A stretch of DNA of 64,000 bases from a virus (Duplodnaviria > Caudoviricetes): the IMG/VR virus record IMGVR_UViG_3300024255_001563, positions 1-64,000 of that record. One strand, written 5' to 3'. Below the pieces are notes generated by a model. The model ran no database searches, had not been told where the DNA came from, and saw only the letters and a program-made list of their open reading frames with translations. This document shows positions 26,248 to 36,057 of the stretch, one piece after another. Positions within the stretch are counted from its first letter, which is position 1; every line of letters begins with the position of its first letter. Made by a program: the position numbers and the translations under genes.

Positions 26248-27379
26248 TTTCAGCAATTTCCTCAACTAAGTTATCATCGGTATTTACCAAAGCGGCGTCT
26301 AATTCAGCTAATTCAGCTTCACGTGCCAACCGTTCAGCTTCTGCTTCATCGGCTGCAACTTGTGCTTCCTTAGCTGGCAAATCTGCCATAACTTTATCGA
26401 GTAATTCGCCAGTCCAACGCTTGCGGAATTCTAAGATAGGTTCGCCAGTACTCATAACATACTCGTACCGATTGCCTTTCTTTTCTAGTAGGCCTTTTGC
26501 GTCCATTAAATCAAACATACCTGAATACGGATCCATACCTGTTTCATATGGAATCTCAACTTGCACACTTTCAAACGGTTTGTTATAACGTGTTTTCATA
26601 ACTTTACAGGCAGCACGAATACCGTGTACTTGTGATGTTTTATTACCGTCTGCATCTGTTTTAAGTTTGAGTTTCTTCATAGCAACAACCATTGAACTTG
26701 CATACACAAATCCTGAACCACCTGAGATCTTGTCATCTGGATCAAACATATCTTGCGATGCATATGTGTGATTAGTGACACACATACCTACATTATATGA
26801 ACCAAACATATTCACACAGTTAGTCACAAGTGCTTTTAGTGCCTTTGCTTTACGACCAAAGTCACCTTTCATATCACCTTTTTGGAACTGGTCCATTTCA
26901 GTTGGTGACATAAGCATACCAAGTGAATCAACTACAAACAACACTTTAGGACGTTCTTCTTCCGCCATTTGTTTATAGTCTTCCATAAACGTACTAACTG
27001 TTTTAGCAACATCGTCAATCATTGCCATGTTAAGTTTTAGTAGTTTGTCTTCACTTGTATCTACTTTTAGTGCTTGTAGCCATGTTTCGTCAAGTGCGTT
27101 TTCACTGTCAATAAGAACAACAAAGATACCTTGTTCTTGTGCGTACTTTACAATGTTACCTGACACAATGTAAGATTTACCTGCGCCTGATTCTCCTGCA
27201 AATACACTTACTTTACCTAGCGGAATACCTTTAGTAAAGTCGCCACTTAGCAAGTAATTAAGTGCAAAGTTTCCTGTGCTGATCCAGTCTGTTGGATCAT
27301 TAAACCCTGCGCTCATACCCGTAATAGATTTTGTCAACGAATTACGGAACTTCGTTGGATCGAATGTTTTACTAGCCAT
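26240..27379 (-). CDS. uvsX: RecA-family recombinase UvsX
   Basis: ISTGN.ALN, GESGAGKS, IDSENA, VVDSLG, NHTY, SGG and KTRY motifs. Confidence 0.93.
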   Translation of the reverse strand: MASKTFDPTKFRNSLTKSITGMSAGFNDPTDWISTGNFALNYLLSGDFTKGIPLGKVSVFAGESGAGKSYIVSGNIVKYAQEQGIFVVLIDSENALDETWLQALKVDTSEDKLLKLNMAMIDDVAKTVSTFMEDYKQMAEEERPKVLFVVDSLGMLMSPTEMDQFQKGDMKGDFGRKAKALKALVTNCVNMFGSYNVGMCVTNHTYASQDMFDPDDKISGGSGFVYASSMVVAMKKLKLKTDADGNKTSQVHGIRAACKVMKTRYNKPFESVQVEIPYETGMDPYSGMFDLMDAKGLLEKKGNRYEYVMSTGEPILEFRKRWTGELLDKVMADLPAKEAQVAADEAEAERLAREAELAELDAALVNTDDNLVEEIAEND

Positions 27380-27409
27380 TAAATTCTCCTAAAAAGCCAA
27401 ATACAATAT

Positions 27410-27434
27410 GGGTTGCATCTACAAAATGCAACCC
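27410..27434 (-). terminator. Stem-loop between gp32 and uvsX (attenuating terminator or processing hairpin)
   Basis: GGGTTGCAT-N7-ATGCAACCC perfect 9-bp stem; only a weak U-tract follows. Confidence 0.55.
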
Positions 27435-27449
27435 ACTTTAGTTGCGTTA

Positions 27450-28427
27450 TTAACCTTGACGTGATCGGATCATTGCAAGAATGTCTTGTGCTCCGCCTGC
27501 AGGTTCAGCTGCTGCTGGAGCAGGTTCTTGCCAACCTGTGTCAGTTGTAGTTTCAGCTACTGGTGTTGGAGTTGGTGCGCTTTGGCTAGTTGCTGTAGCC
27601 TGTGGGCTTGCTGCCTGTTGCGGATCACCTGTACGTGCTTGCATGCCTGCTGGACGGAAATATTGGCTCCAACGATCTGCATCGTATGCCTCACCGTCTA
27701 CACTTGCTTCGAACATTTCATGCATTACTTTTTGCTCAATGTCGCCTGGCTTCTTAGGTAAGAAGTCTGAAAGATTAAACAATCCGTTTGTATTTACTGC
27801 ATTCATTTCAGTGTCACTCAACGGACGCTCACGACGTGCCCAGTTACTTGTGCCGTAGTCTGCATAGCCACCTTTTGATCCTTTATTAAGACGGAAGTCA
27901 ATACCAGCAGTATAATCTGTTGGCAACTCTTCCATGTCTGGATCTAAAAGTGATTGTTTGATAATTTGGAAAATTTGTGGGCCAATAATAAATCGACGAA
28001 TTGGATTTTCTGGCGTAGTATCTTCCTTTAATGGATCATCTACAACAAATCCTTGGAATACGTATGAACGTTTCTTCCAGTACTTACGACCCATATCTTC
28101 TAGTGAAGGATCTTTAAACCAGCCACGTACTTCGTTAAGAATATTACATGTTTCGCCATACATTTCCATACACGGAATTTGTACTTGTACTGGTCGTGAA
28201 CTTGTATCACCTTTTACTCCACTAAACGGAAGTTTGATCATCAAACGTTCTGCCCAGAAAAAATCGTTAGATTCATTTCCGTCTGGCAAGAAACGCATTG
28301 TTGCGCTACTGCCTTCTGCCATATTCCAAAATGGGTAAATTGCGTTGTCGCCACCGCCTGTGCGTTGACTGCCTGCGCCGGCTTCTTGTTCTTTGAGCTT
28401 TGCTCGAATTTCTGCTAATGATGCCAT
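27450..28427 (-). CDS. gp32: Single-stranded DNA-binding protein (T4 gp32-like)
   Basis: RFLPD, PC...GETCNI, YWKKRSY, IIGPQIF, GIDFRL..GSKGGYADYGTS; upstream of uvsX. Confidence 0.88.
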   Translation of the reverse strand: MASLAEIRAKLKEQEAGAGSQRTGGGDNAIYPFWNMAEGSSATMRFLPDGNESNDFFWAERLMIKLPFSGVKGDTSSRPVQVQIPCMEMYGETCNILNEVRGWFKDPSLEDMGRKYWKKRSYVFQGFVVDDPLKEDTTPENPIRRFIIGPQIFQIIKQSLLDPDMEELPTDYTAGIDFRLNKGSKGGYADYGTSNWARRERPLSDTEMNAVNTNGLFNLSDFLPKKPGDIEQKVMHEMFEASVDGEAYDADRWSQYFRPAGMQARTGDPQQAASPQATATSQSAPTPTPVAETTTDTGWQEPAPAAAEPAGGAQDILAMIRSRQG

Positions 28428-28507
28428 AGTGCCTTTTCTCCTATATGTTATGCCTATGTTAGAACAACTAATATTGCTCTTGTGCCTAAAATGTATAGCA
28501 CTCTTAT

Positions 28508-28536
28508 ATACTACACGATATTATTTATCTTGTCAA
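28508..28536 (-). promoter_or_regulatory. Dual early/late promoter of the gp32-uvsX operon
   Basis: TTGACA-N17-TAGTAT with an ATAAATA motif (28522-28528) nested in the spacer. Confidence 0.7.
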
Positions 28537-29237
28537 GCGATTTTTTTTAAATTATTGATATTAGGAGATATATTATGATCTATCCAATTTACCATTTCAT
28601 TAAATAGTAAATCGTGATTAGCCGGAGTCATGTGATTTGGTAATTCTTTGTTAATATCTTTTTCTATACTGTATAAACTAGGACCTTTACAAAAAGTAAA
28701 TTTTTCTGTGTCTTGAATAGGTAATCCAAATTTTTTATATAACAAACTATCTTGCGGGTCTTCAAATACATTTACTACTAGAACTTTTTTAAAAAACGCA
28801 CTATATTCTTTTAATATACCTACGTATTGTAACTGTCGAAAATCTTGTAAATCATTATGTAAATAGTATCTTCTAAAAAAGTTATGTAAGAACTTTTTGT
28901 AAGATTTATATCTTGCAACTCTTTTTCTTATGTAAAGATCATCATTCCTGCCGAAAATTACATTCATCATAATTGATTGATCTTCAGGCTGCATAGTAAA
29001 ATTAAAGTTTTTTCTTTCATCGCCAGATAAGAAAAATATTAGATTAATTTTTTCTAACTCGTCAGTTTCTGTATTTTGTATTGCATCTCGAAAAAGTTGC
29101 ATCATGTATTCGGGGCCAGTGCCCCCAATAGCATAATTTTTTACATCATAAGTTTGTGCTATACGTTTTGACCAGGCATAGTGTTTATCATAAGTATCAT
29201 TAGCATAGCTGTCTCCGAAGATCCAGACTTTCTGCAT
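28533..29237 (-). CDS. SGNH/GDSL-like hydrolase or acyltransferase-like protein
   Basis: WIFGDSY block I, NYAIGGTG block II, C-terminal PNHMT..NH; AT-rich. Confidence 0.55.
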   Translation of the reverse strand: MQKVWIFGDSYANDTYDKHYAWSKRIAQTYDVKNYAIGGTGPEYMMQLFRDAIQNTETDELEKINLIFFLSGDERKNFNFTMQPEDQSIMMNVIFGRNDDLYIRKRVARYKSYKKFLHNFFRRYYLHNDLQDFRQLQYVGILKEYSAFFKKVLVVNVFEDPQDSLLYKKFGLPIQDTEKFTFCKGPSLYSIEKDINKELPNHMTPANHDLLFNEMVNWIDHNISPNINNLKKIA

Positions 29238-31426
29238 TATTTTAAACCGGCTAAACTCTTAATTCTATCTAATGTGCCTGGTTTTTTTGGTGCTTCAGGT
29301 GCTTTTGCTTTAGCGTACTTTGGACCCGGATTGTCTAAATCAACATTAGTCATATCCCTCTTGTCTTTTTTCAGTTGCACGTACTGTGTTCCATCTGTTG
29401 CAATTAAGCCTAATTTATCAGCATCTGCAGAAGCTTGCTTTCGGTGCATCATTGGATACATTTTCTTTATTTCCATAGTGTCCGGATTGTATAGTACAAT
29501 ATTATTTTTAAATTTATCAAACACGCCGCCCTCCATTTGCTGTGGATTATTACGCATTTGATGCTCGTCAAATTTTGCTTGTATTTGTTCAATAAATGCC
29601 TTAGCAGGGTCAATGTACTGTTCACCGTAATCTTTTTCTACCATAGTAAGAATTGCTGTTTCACCTTTTGGAAACTCACCTGTTTCTCTATCGTAGTAAG
29701 ATAGTATGAACTCACCTAATGGTGTCTTTTGTTCTTTTTCAAGTGTAATCTCGTCACCGTCTGGTCCGTCTACTTTGTCGCCTTTTTTCTTGCCATTCAT
29801 TTTAGCTTTCTTTACAGCGTGTGCGTATGCATTGCCTTCGTCGGTGTCGTCTTCTTTTTTGTTTCTATCAAAGTCTGTTGTATATAGATATTCCATTACA
29901 GGATACAATGCAGTTACAATAGCATTACCAAAGCGAGAATTTTTACCTGATCCTGGCTCAGTTTCTAATTTCTTTGCTTCGCCACGTAGTTTCATCATTC
30001 CTTCAATTGCAGCTTTGGCATTCTTGTCTAGTCCGCTAAATCCATTTGTTCTTGCTTCAATAAATGAATACACATCCCATACATCGCTTACGTACTGATT
30101 TGCTAAGTTGCCTTGATCGTCATCTTGCCCACGTTCAATTGCTTTACCTTTGCCACGTAGTGCGCCTAGTACTTCTATAGCATCTTTACTTGTGTCAATA
30201 TATGCTTCTTGTACTTCTTCTTCGTTTGTGTCACATTCGCAAGGTGCGCAATTACATTCTTCGCACTCTTTTGCTTCTGCAAACTGACCCATCATTTCTT
30301 CAAAGCCTTGCTCTAGTTCTGCTTCTTCCGGGATGCACGATCCTTTAGAACCACGAGTTGCACCTGGCTTCTTTTTCCAGCCATCTCTGCATTTGTCATA
30401 AATTTTACTATTGCCGTGCTGCTCGCCTTCGTCTACTAAGTCATCTGGTCCTAGAGATTTTGCTTTACTTGCTTCGCTTACTAGTTTGTATATGTATGGA
30501 AACACATCTGATAGTTCTTCGTTAAACTGTTTAATAGTTAATTGGTCAATCCAGTTTTCAGCAACATCACTAGGAACATCTTCCATTACTGGGGTTTCAA
30601 ATGCTTCAAATGTTTCTTTGTAATATGCTGGCTTTTGTAAGCTCTCGATTGTTTTCTTAACTGTAGCAATGCGCTCTTTAACAATGTCTGTATATCCTGC
30701 TAGGCTTTCTGCCATTACAGCACTACGTCCCATGTAGTTCTTAAACTTACGTAGTTTTGACATTTCTTCTGATAAGCCTACAATATGCTTACCAAAATCG
30801 TCATAGGCATTTCCGCCTTCGCTAACATGTCGAGCCATTGCTCTTGCACCACTTAGGTGTTTATAAGGATATCTAAATCTTTCACCATCGGATGATTCAA
30901 TGTAGATCTTTCCTATTTTTTGTGTGCGTCCTGTAGCACTTTCTTGATTAACACTTTCGGTATGCTTAATCATTATACGTGCTTCACCTATTTTTTGGTA
31001 GCTTATACGTGATGTACCATATAACTTTGTTTCGTTCATGTTATTATCCCCAGATCGATTTGCTAAAAATTTATAATCTCTTTTTGTTAAATTTGTTTTA
31101 TTAATATCTCTCACATCAAAATTTAGTAAGCGTTTTTTAGCAAATTCACGTAATTCTTTTAAAAAGTTATACCAATTTTTTTGAGTTGTGTTATCTTGAT
31201 CATTAATAAAATCTCTTGAATATATAATACTAATTCCGTCGTCTTCTGATAACGAGATAGATATCGTACCTAACGAGGTACCGTCTTCTTTATACTCAAA
31301 ATCAAAAAATCTTGCAGCTGCCGGCTCAGTAACAATATTACCATTTTGGTCACCAATAGTTAAATTAGGAAATCTTCCTCTAATTTTATTAAACAAGTCT
31401 TCTGATATTGTATTCAAGTTTTTCAT
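29237..31426 (-). CDS. Large late protein, probable virion/head component
   Basis: 729 aa; ATAAATA 4 nt upstream; acidic/Lys-rich low-complexity C-half; next to the terminase. Confidence 0.6.
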   Translation of the reverse strand: MKNLNTISEDLFNKIRGRFPNLTIGDQNGNIVTEPAAARFFDFEYKEDGTSLGTISISLSEDDGISIIYSRDFINDQDNTTQKNWYNFLKELREFAKKRLLNFDVRDINKTNLTKRDYKFLANRSGDNNMNETKLYGTSRISYQKIGEARIMIKHTESVNQESATGRTQKIGKIYIESSDGERFRYPYKHLSGARAMARHVSEGGNAYDDFGKHIVGLSEEMSKLRKFKNYMGRSAVMAESLAGYTDIVKERIATVKKTIESLQKPAYYKETFEAFETPVMEDVPSDVAENWIDQLTIKQFNEELSDVFPYIYKLVSEASKAKSLGPDDLVDEGEQHGNSKIYDKCRDGWKKKPGATRGSKGSCIPEEAELEQGFEEMMGQFAEAKECEECNCAPCECDTNEEEVQEAYIDTSKDAIEVLGALRGKGKAIERGQDDDQGNLANQYVSDVWDVYSFIEARTNGFSGLDKNAKAAIEGMMKLRGEAKKLETEPGSGKNSRFGNAIVTALYPVMEYLYTTDFDRNKKEDDTDEGNAYAHAVKKAKMNGKKKGDKVDGPDGDEITLEKEQKTPLGEFILSYYDRETGEFPKGETAILTMVEKDYGEQYIDPAKAFIEQIQAKFDEHQMRNNPQQMEGGVFDKFKNNIVLYNPDTMEIKKMYPMMHRKQASADADKLGLIATDGTQYVQLKKDKRDMTNVDLDNPGPKYAKAKAPEAPKKPGTLDRIKSLAGLK

Positions 31427-31437
31427 ATTGTATTTAT

Positions 31438-33018
31438 CTAATAGTTACTGCTTACGAATATAGGCATGGGCGGATCGTAGTCTTCTAAATCTTCTGCTTG
31501 TGTAAACGTATTATACACTCGCGGATCCCAATCTTTGAGTACAGCCATCATTCGTATAGCAAGAAGTGTAGCACTAATCAAATCATCAGTCATACCAGAC
31601 TTAGCTTGAAAACTCGATCCTGTTGCAACAAACCCTTTAAGTTCTGATAAAAATGGTTTAGAATGTATAACCATTTTATCATTTTCTATCATTGTTTTTA
31701 ATCTACTACAAGCGGTTACTTTTGTGCTGTGTGTAGTATTAAAGCCTTTGCGGAATTTACGAACATGCCCTTTACGCATAGGTTCACTAACAAATAAACC
31801 TGGAATGTTTTCTTCACCAAAGTCATTAATAACAATAAGACATGCTTCGCCGATACCGTTGTTTTCTACACTCCAGTATATGCCTTGGGGATTATTAGTT
31901 TCTTGTTCTAAATACTTGCATATGTCTGCAAGTACTCTAATCTGCCCAGGAATAGCAGTTTGGTTGTGTTGCCATTCTGCTACTTGTTCATAACTAGGTA
32001 ATTCAAATACTTGTATTGCAGCATAGTCGCCACCTGTGCCCATACTAGGGTCGAGTGCAACAGCATATGTATATTGACTAGTTGGTTTTTTGTACCATCG
32101 TGTTTGTCCCATATTGAGTACAGGATTGTCGCCTTCCATAGCAGCAAGCTTAATTGAATTAATTAGTGTTTCGTCAAATACTAGGAATTCGCAACCATAT
32201 TCTCGTCGGAACTTTTCTTCACCGATACGCCCAACTTCTTCTACTTTCCACGCTTCGTCACGATCTGGATGTTCATCCCATTGTGCAACAAAACTATGAA
32301 AGCCGTTTGATCCTAGCTCTTGCTCATTGCCGTGTGCATCAAATTTGTCTTCGGCTTGTTTCCAAATAGTAGCAAACGTATCTTCATCACTGTTAGGTGT
32401 GCTAGTAATAATAGCTCTACCACCTGTTGCCAGTGTAGGTGATATCGAAGTCCAAAACTCTTCAGCAATGTTTGGTTGTACGAATGCAAACTCGTCACAG
32501 TATAGTAGCGAGATACTCATACCACGTCCTGTGTTGCCTGTTGTAGTCTGTGCTACAATACGTGAACCGTTTTCAAATTCTATTGATTGTTTATTGTAGC
32601 TTGTAACCCCTGCTCTAATATGATCAGGACAAGTTTCATACACAAAGCGTATACGAGACATAATCTCTTGCGCACCTGTGTATTTGTGTGCAGCAACTAG
32701 AATAGTTTGGTCTGGATTAAACATTGCATACCAAGCAAGGTATATACTAGCACAGGTTGTTTTACCTGTTTGTCTAGGCATCATGTTAATGTTAAAGCGA
32801 TAGTTATGATAGCTGTGCATCAAACGCAGCTGATATTCAAAAGGATCAAACAGCAACTTACCTTTTACAGGGTGTTGAATGTATGCAAACTTACGAGCAA
32901 AGTACAAATACCCCTCGTCAGGATCCATACATTTCATCAAGTCTTCGACTTGTTCATTTGTGAATGTTTCTTGTTTGTTAGCTTTCTTAATAAGAACGCC
33001 GTCTAATGATGCTGCCAT
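31438..33018 (-). CDS. gp17: Terminase large subunit (T4 gp17-like)
   Basis: Walker A PRQTGKT, LYCDEFAF, ITSTPN, nuclease ALDPSMG, DDL.SA; start MAASL at 33018. Confidence 0.95.
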   Translation of the reverse strand: MAASLDGVLIKKANKQETFTNEQVEDLMKCMDPDEGYLYFARKFAYIQHPVKGKLLFDPFEYQLRLMHSYHNYRFNINMMPRQTGKTTCASIYLAWYAMFNPDQTILVAAHKYTGAQEIMSRIRFVYETCPDHIRAGVTSYNKQSIEFENGSRIVAQTTTGNTGRGMSISLLYCDEFAFVQPNIAEEFWTSISPTLATGGRAIITSTPNSDEDTFATIWKQAEDKFDAHGNEQELGSNGFHSFVAQWDEHPDRDEAWKVEEVGRIGEEKFRREYGCEFLVFDETLINSIKLAAMEGDNPVLNMGQTRWYKKPTSQYTYAVALDPSMGTGGDYAAIQVFELPSYEQVAEWQHNQTAIPGQIRVLADICKYLEQETNNPQGIYWSVENNGIGEACLIVINDFGEENIPGLFVSEPMRKGHVRKFRKGFNTTHSTKVTACSRLKTMIENDKMVIHSKPFLSELKGFVATGSSFQAKSGMTDDLISATLLAIRMMAVLKDWDPRVYNTFTQAEDLEDYDPPMPIFVSSNY

Positions 33019-33032
33019 AATATTATTTACCC

Positions 33033-33060
33033 AAAAAAATAGCACCCGAAGGTGCTATTT
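33033..33060 (-). terminator. Rho-independent terminator with a cUUCGg tetraloop
   Basis: AAATAGCACC-TTCG-GGTGCTATTT followed by a U run on the - strand; a second small hairpin lies just upstream (about 33066-33086). Confidence 0.85.
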
Positions 33061-33088
33061 GGCCGTTCGCTCTATCGGTAGAACGTTC

Positions 33089-34126
33089 TTATTTCTTTTG
33101 GAACTGTGGAGGTACTACACCTTTTTTAGGCTTGCTTCCGCCTTTGCTTTTCTTGTCACCAGTCTTTTGATTTAAGAAAGCAGGCTTATCGTCATCAGTG
33201 CCTTTTTTGCCATCTGGTCCTGCGCCCATAGGCATCTTCTTTTCAGCAAGTGCTGCCCATAATTTACTTTTTATAGATTCAGTTGCCATTGGATTATCGC
33301 CACGTTGTGCCGCTTTGTATGATTTCTTTTCGCGGTTGATACCACCACTTAAATCTTTAATCATTACTTCGTGATCGTCATACTTCTCATCTGGTTCGTT
33401 AGCGTAACCTTCAAGATTTGGAAGATGATCGTAGTCACTGTCATCGCTACCGTCAATCATATCCATAGCATCTTGTGCTACCATAGAAGCACGATTTGGA
33501 CCGCCGCCTTCACCTTCGCCGAAGTCTTCTGGCTCAAGACTTCTAAGTACTTTAAAAGCATTTGTTACTATTGGATCGCCCATATCTTTAACTTCGTCAA
33601 ACATATCATTTAGTTCATCAACAACGTTGTCGTAACTATGCATTCCTTTTTGTATTTCTTGTGCAAAATCGTGTAGTTGTTCTTGCATATCAGTTACAGC
33701 ATCTTTCATGCCGCCTTCTTCCATATCTGCTTCATCGCCTTTAGGAAGTGGCATTTCTTTATCGTCAAATCCTGGCTCGTCCATTATACTCGACAAGCGT
33801 TCCATATCCATACGTGGTGACATCATTTTGTCTGCTGCTGGTGCTGCATCACCTAGTCCTGCGTTCTTCATCATATCTAATAAATCAGCAACATGTTCTT
33901 TGCCACTTGCATTCATTGATACACTTACTGTTACTGGATTACCTTTGTCCATCTCTGGTGCAGGTATTGTAGGCATAGGTCCTTCGTCAACCATTGGTCC
34001 ACATTCATCTACTGCCTGAATTGACTCTAAAATAGTTTTCATATCGTTAACATTTGATCCTGCTACTGACGGCTTATCGCCTGCTGCTGCTGAATCCATA
34101 TTTTCTAAGATTTTTTTCATATCCAT
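33089..34126 (-). CDS. Acidic, Met-rich probable head scaffold/internal protein
   Basis: Very D/E/M-rich, duplicated MKxILE motif, basic C-tail; located between the terminase subunits. Confidence 0.55.
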   Translation of the reverse strand: MDMKKILENMDSAAAGDKPSVAGSNVNDMKTILESIQAVDECGPMVDEGPMPTIPAPEMDKGNPVTVSVSMNASGKEHVADLLDMMKNAGLGDAAPAADKMMSPRMDMERLSSIMDEPGFDDKEMPLPKGDEADMEEGGMKDAVTDMQEQLHDFAQEIQKGMHSYDNVVDELNDMFDEVKDMGDPIVTNAFKVLRSLEPEDFGEGEGGGPNRASMVAQDAMDMIDGSDDSDYDHLPNLEGYANEPDEKYDDHEVMIKDLSGGINREKKSYKAAQRGDNPMATESIKSKLWAALAEKKMPMGAGPDGKKGTDDDKPAFLNQKTGDKKSKGGSKPKKGVVPPQFQKK

Positions 34127-34130
34127 AATT

Positions 34131-34688
34131 TCAGCCTCCTACAACTGCTTTAGTATTTTCTACATCGCCAATGTCAGATGACTCTCCAACTGGTGCGCCT
34201 TCTGCACCACTGTGTTCATTTTCTTTGCGAGCAGTTTCTAATTCTTTTAACAAACTCATCACACGATTGCCTGCTACATCTTCTTGTGCAGTTTCGCCGC
34301 CCATGTCTTCTTTGGTTAACATAGATTCGTATGGCGCAGTGTCTTTTAGTTTTTGATATTCTTCTCTAGGATCATTCATATTGCGTACAATAATGTATGA
34401 TTGATCAATGCCACAACACTTACCCAAATACTCTTGTAGTACTTGACTAGTTGTTGGGTATTCAACTTCTGCTTCAAAATATGTAACTTCCATATTTTGT
34501 AACTGCGGGAAGTCTAGTGGACGCTCTTGTATCGGCGTCTTTTTACCCGATGTCATGTTTATTACACTAAATTTCTTTAGAGCAGTTTCTAACTTATCTA
34601 CACAGTCGTCTGGACAGTTTCCAGCAACTCCTATTTTAAATTCATAAGTCTTTTTAGACTCGGTAAGTATTTCTGTAAATGATCTCAT
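34131..34688 (-). CDS. Probable head-internal protein with a capsid-targeting-like N-terminus
   Basis: MRSFTEILTE resembles the T4 internal-protein CTS (MKTYQEFIAE-type); late motif at 34716-34722. Confidence 0.55.
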   Translation of the reverse strand: MRSFTEILTESKKTYEFKIGVAGNCPDDCVDKLETALKKFSVINMTSGKKTPIQERPLDFPQLQNMEVTYFEAEVEYPTTSQVLQEYLGKCCGIDQSYIIVRNMNDPREEYQKLKDTAPYESMLTKEDMGGETAQEDVAGNRVMSLLKELETARKENEHSGAEGAPVGESSDIGDVENTKAVVGG

Positions 34689-34714
34689 TGCGCATTGATC
34701 CTGTTGTCTATGTA

Positions 34715-35215
34715 TTATTTATCTTTATCTAAGCCTTTAAGTCGCTCTAAAAGACTATTTCTATCAGTAACTACATAACCTTCGCCGTTAATGATAGAGT
34801 CGTCATTTTTATTACTATCTTTGTCCATTTTTTCTTTTTTAAGTTGTAGTTCAACCATTTTTAATTTTTTGTCTAATTTTGCAACTTTAGCATCTAATCC
34901 TGTTTTAAGCATCCCGCCTGCAACTTCAAATACACGACCGCTGTAACGACTTTCAACATTCATACCTAAATCCATTAGATCTTCATATGCTTGCATTGCT
35001 TTATCTGCTACTTCATTAAGTTCTTTATCAGCTGCTTCGCCTAGGCCTTTTACACTTGGCAGTGCCGCAGTAATTTTATCAAACTCGGCTATATCTCTAA
35101 AAGTTTCTGCTTGTTCGATTTCGTATGCTTTTTGTTCTTCTTCTTGATCTTCTGCTTGTTCAATGATTTCTTTTGAATCAGGTAAGTTTAACAAGTCTTC
35201 TAATTTTTTAGTCAT
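34715..35215 (-). CDS. Terminase small subunit (T4 gp16-like)
   Basis: Helical core AMQAYEDLMDLG...SRYSGRVFEVAGGMLK resembles gp16; about 1.7 kb upstream of gp17. Confidence 0.65.
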   Translation of the reverse strand: MTKKLEDLLNLPDSKEIIEQAEDQEEEQKAYEIEQAETFRDIAEFDKITAALPSVKGLGEAADKELNEVADKAMQAYEDLMDLGMNVESRYSGRVFEVAGGMLKTGLDAKVAKLDKKLKMVELQLKKEKMDKDSNKNDDSIINGEGYVVTDRNSLLERLKGLDKDK

Positions 35216-35244
35216 GGGTCCAATCCATTATATGCTACTATTAT

Positions 35245-35682
35245 TTATCTTTTACGACCATTGTGGAAAATATCATCTTCAGTAACAATACGGAATATTA
35301 TTCCTTTTTGTTTACACCATGCTCTAGCTGCTTCCCACTTTGCTTGATTAACAACATAATGTGCTTGATTATGTTTACTTCTGCCTAGTCTTTCTCGCAT
35401 TGCTTGATTAGCAGGTTTAACTTCAATTAATTCTACACGCTGCTTCGTGCCTTTGTCTGAATAAACTATAAAAAAATCCGGAACATATATAGTTTGCTTG
35501 CCGGTAAGTGGATTTCTATAAGGTATGCGTATTGCTTCACTAGCCCATTGTAATATAGCAGGATGATCGTCACACATTTTCATAAATGTAAATTCCCAGC
35601 CTGATCGATACGTAGGTGTTTTTGTACCTACATACTTTTGTGGGTTTTTTAGATTATACTTACCTTGAGCAAAACGTCCCAT
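35245..35682 (-). CDS. gp4: Head-completion nuclease (T4 gp4/TnsA-like PD-(D/E)xK)
   Basis: YRSGWE, WASE, YVPDF, IEVKP, N.AKW.AA..WC motifs. Confidence 0.88.
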   Translation of the reverse strand: MGRFAQGKYNLKNPQKYVGTKTPTYRSGWEFTFMKMCDDHPAILQWASEAIRIPYRNPLTGKQTIYVPDFFIVYSDKGTKQRVELIEVKPANQAMRERLGRSKHNQAHYVVNQAKWEAARAWCKQKGIIFRIVTEDDIFHNGRKR

Positions 35683-36047
35683 TAGACAATAATATTTCTA
35701 GCCTCGAGTCTCAAACCTTCAATGTTAGTTTTAAAACCTAACTGACTGGTTTTATCTCTGCTGTTATTAAGTATTTGTCCTACAACATTATTAAGTTGTA
35801 CATCATTAACGCCGTCTAAAGTGTCTAATAGTTTTTGTACAGGAATTTTATCAATCCTTGCTTGTGCTAATAATATATTAGCAGTTGAAGTTGCACTGAC
35901 TTCTTCAAAGCCTCTTTTTAAAAAATAACCAATCGCTGAATCAATATCGGCTGCACTAAATGCTGCTGTTGGTTGATAAAATTTATCAAAAAATCGTTTA
36001 ACTTTTGTTGCGCTATCTGGGCTTAAAGTATTTGGTACCTGTGACAA
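35682..36047 (-). CDS. Hypothetical structural-region protein
   Basis: AGGAG-N7-TTG start; TAATG-coupled to gp4. Confidence 0.7.
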   Translation of the reverse strand: MSQVPNTLSPDSATKVKRFFDKFYQPTAAFSAADIDSAIGYFLKRGFEEVSATSTANILLAQARIDKIPVQKLLDTLDGVNDVQLNNVVGQILNNSRDKTSQLGFKTNIEGLRLEARNIIV

Positions 36048-36057
36048 TAAATTTCTC

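Noticed and set aside
430-33018. Inteins or introns in helicase, UvsW, UvsX or terminase
   Set aside because: Lengths and motif spacing are normal, with no C...HN splice junctions or interruptions.
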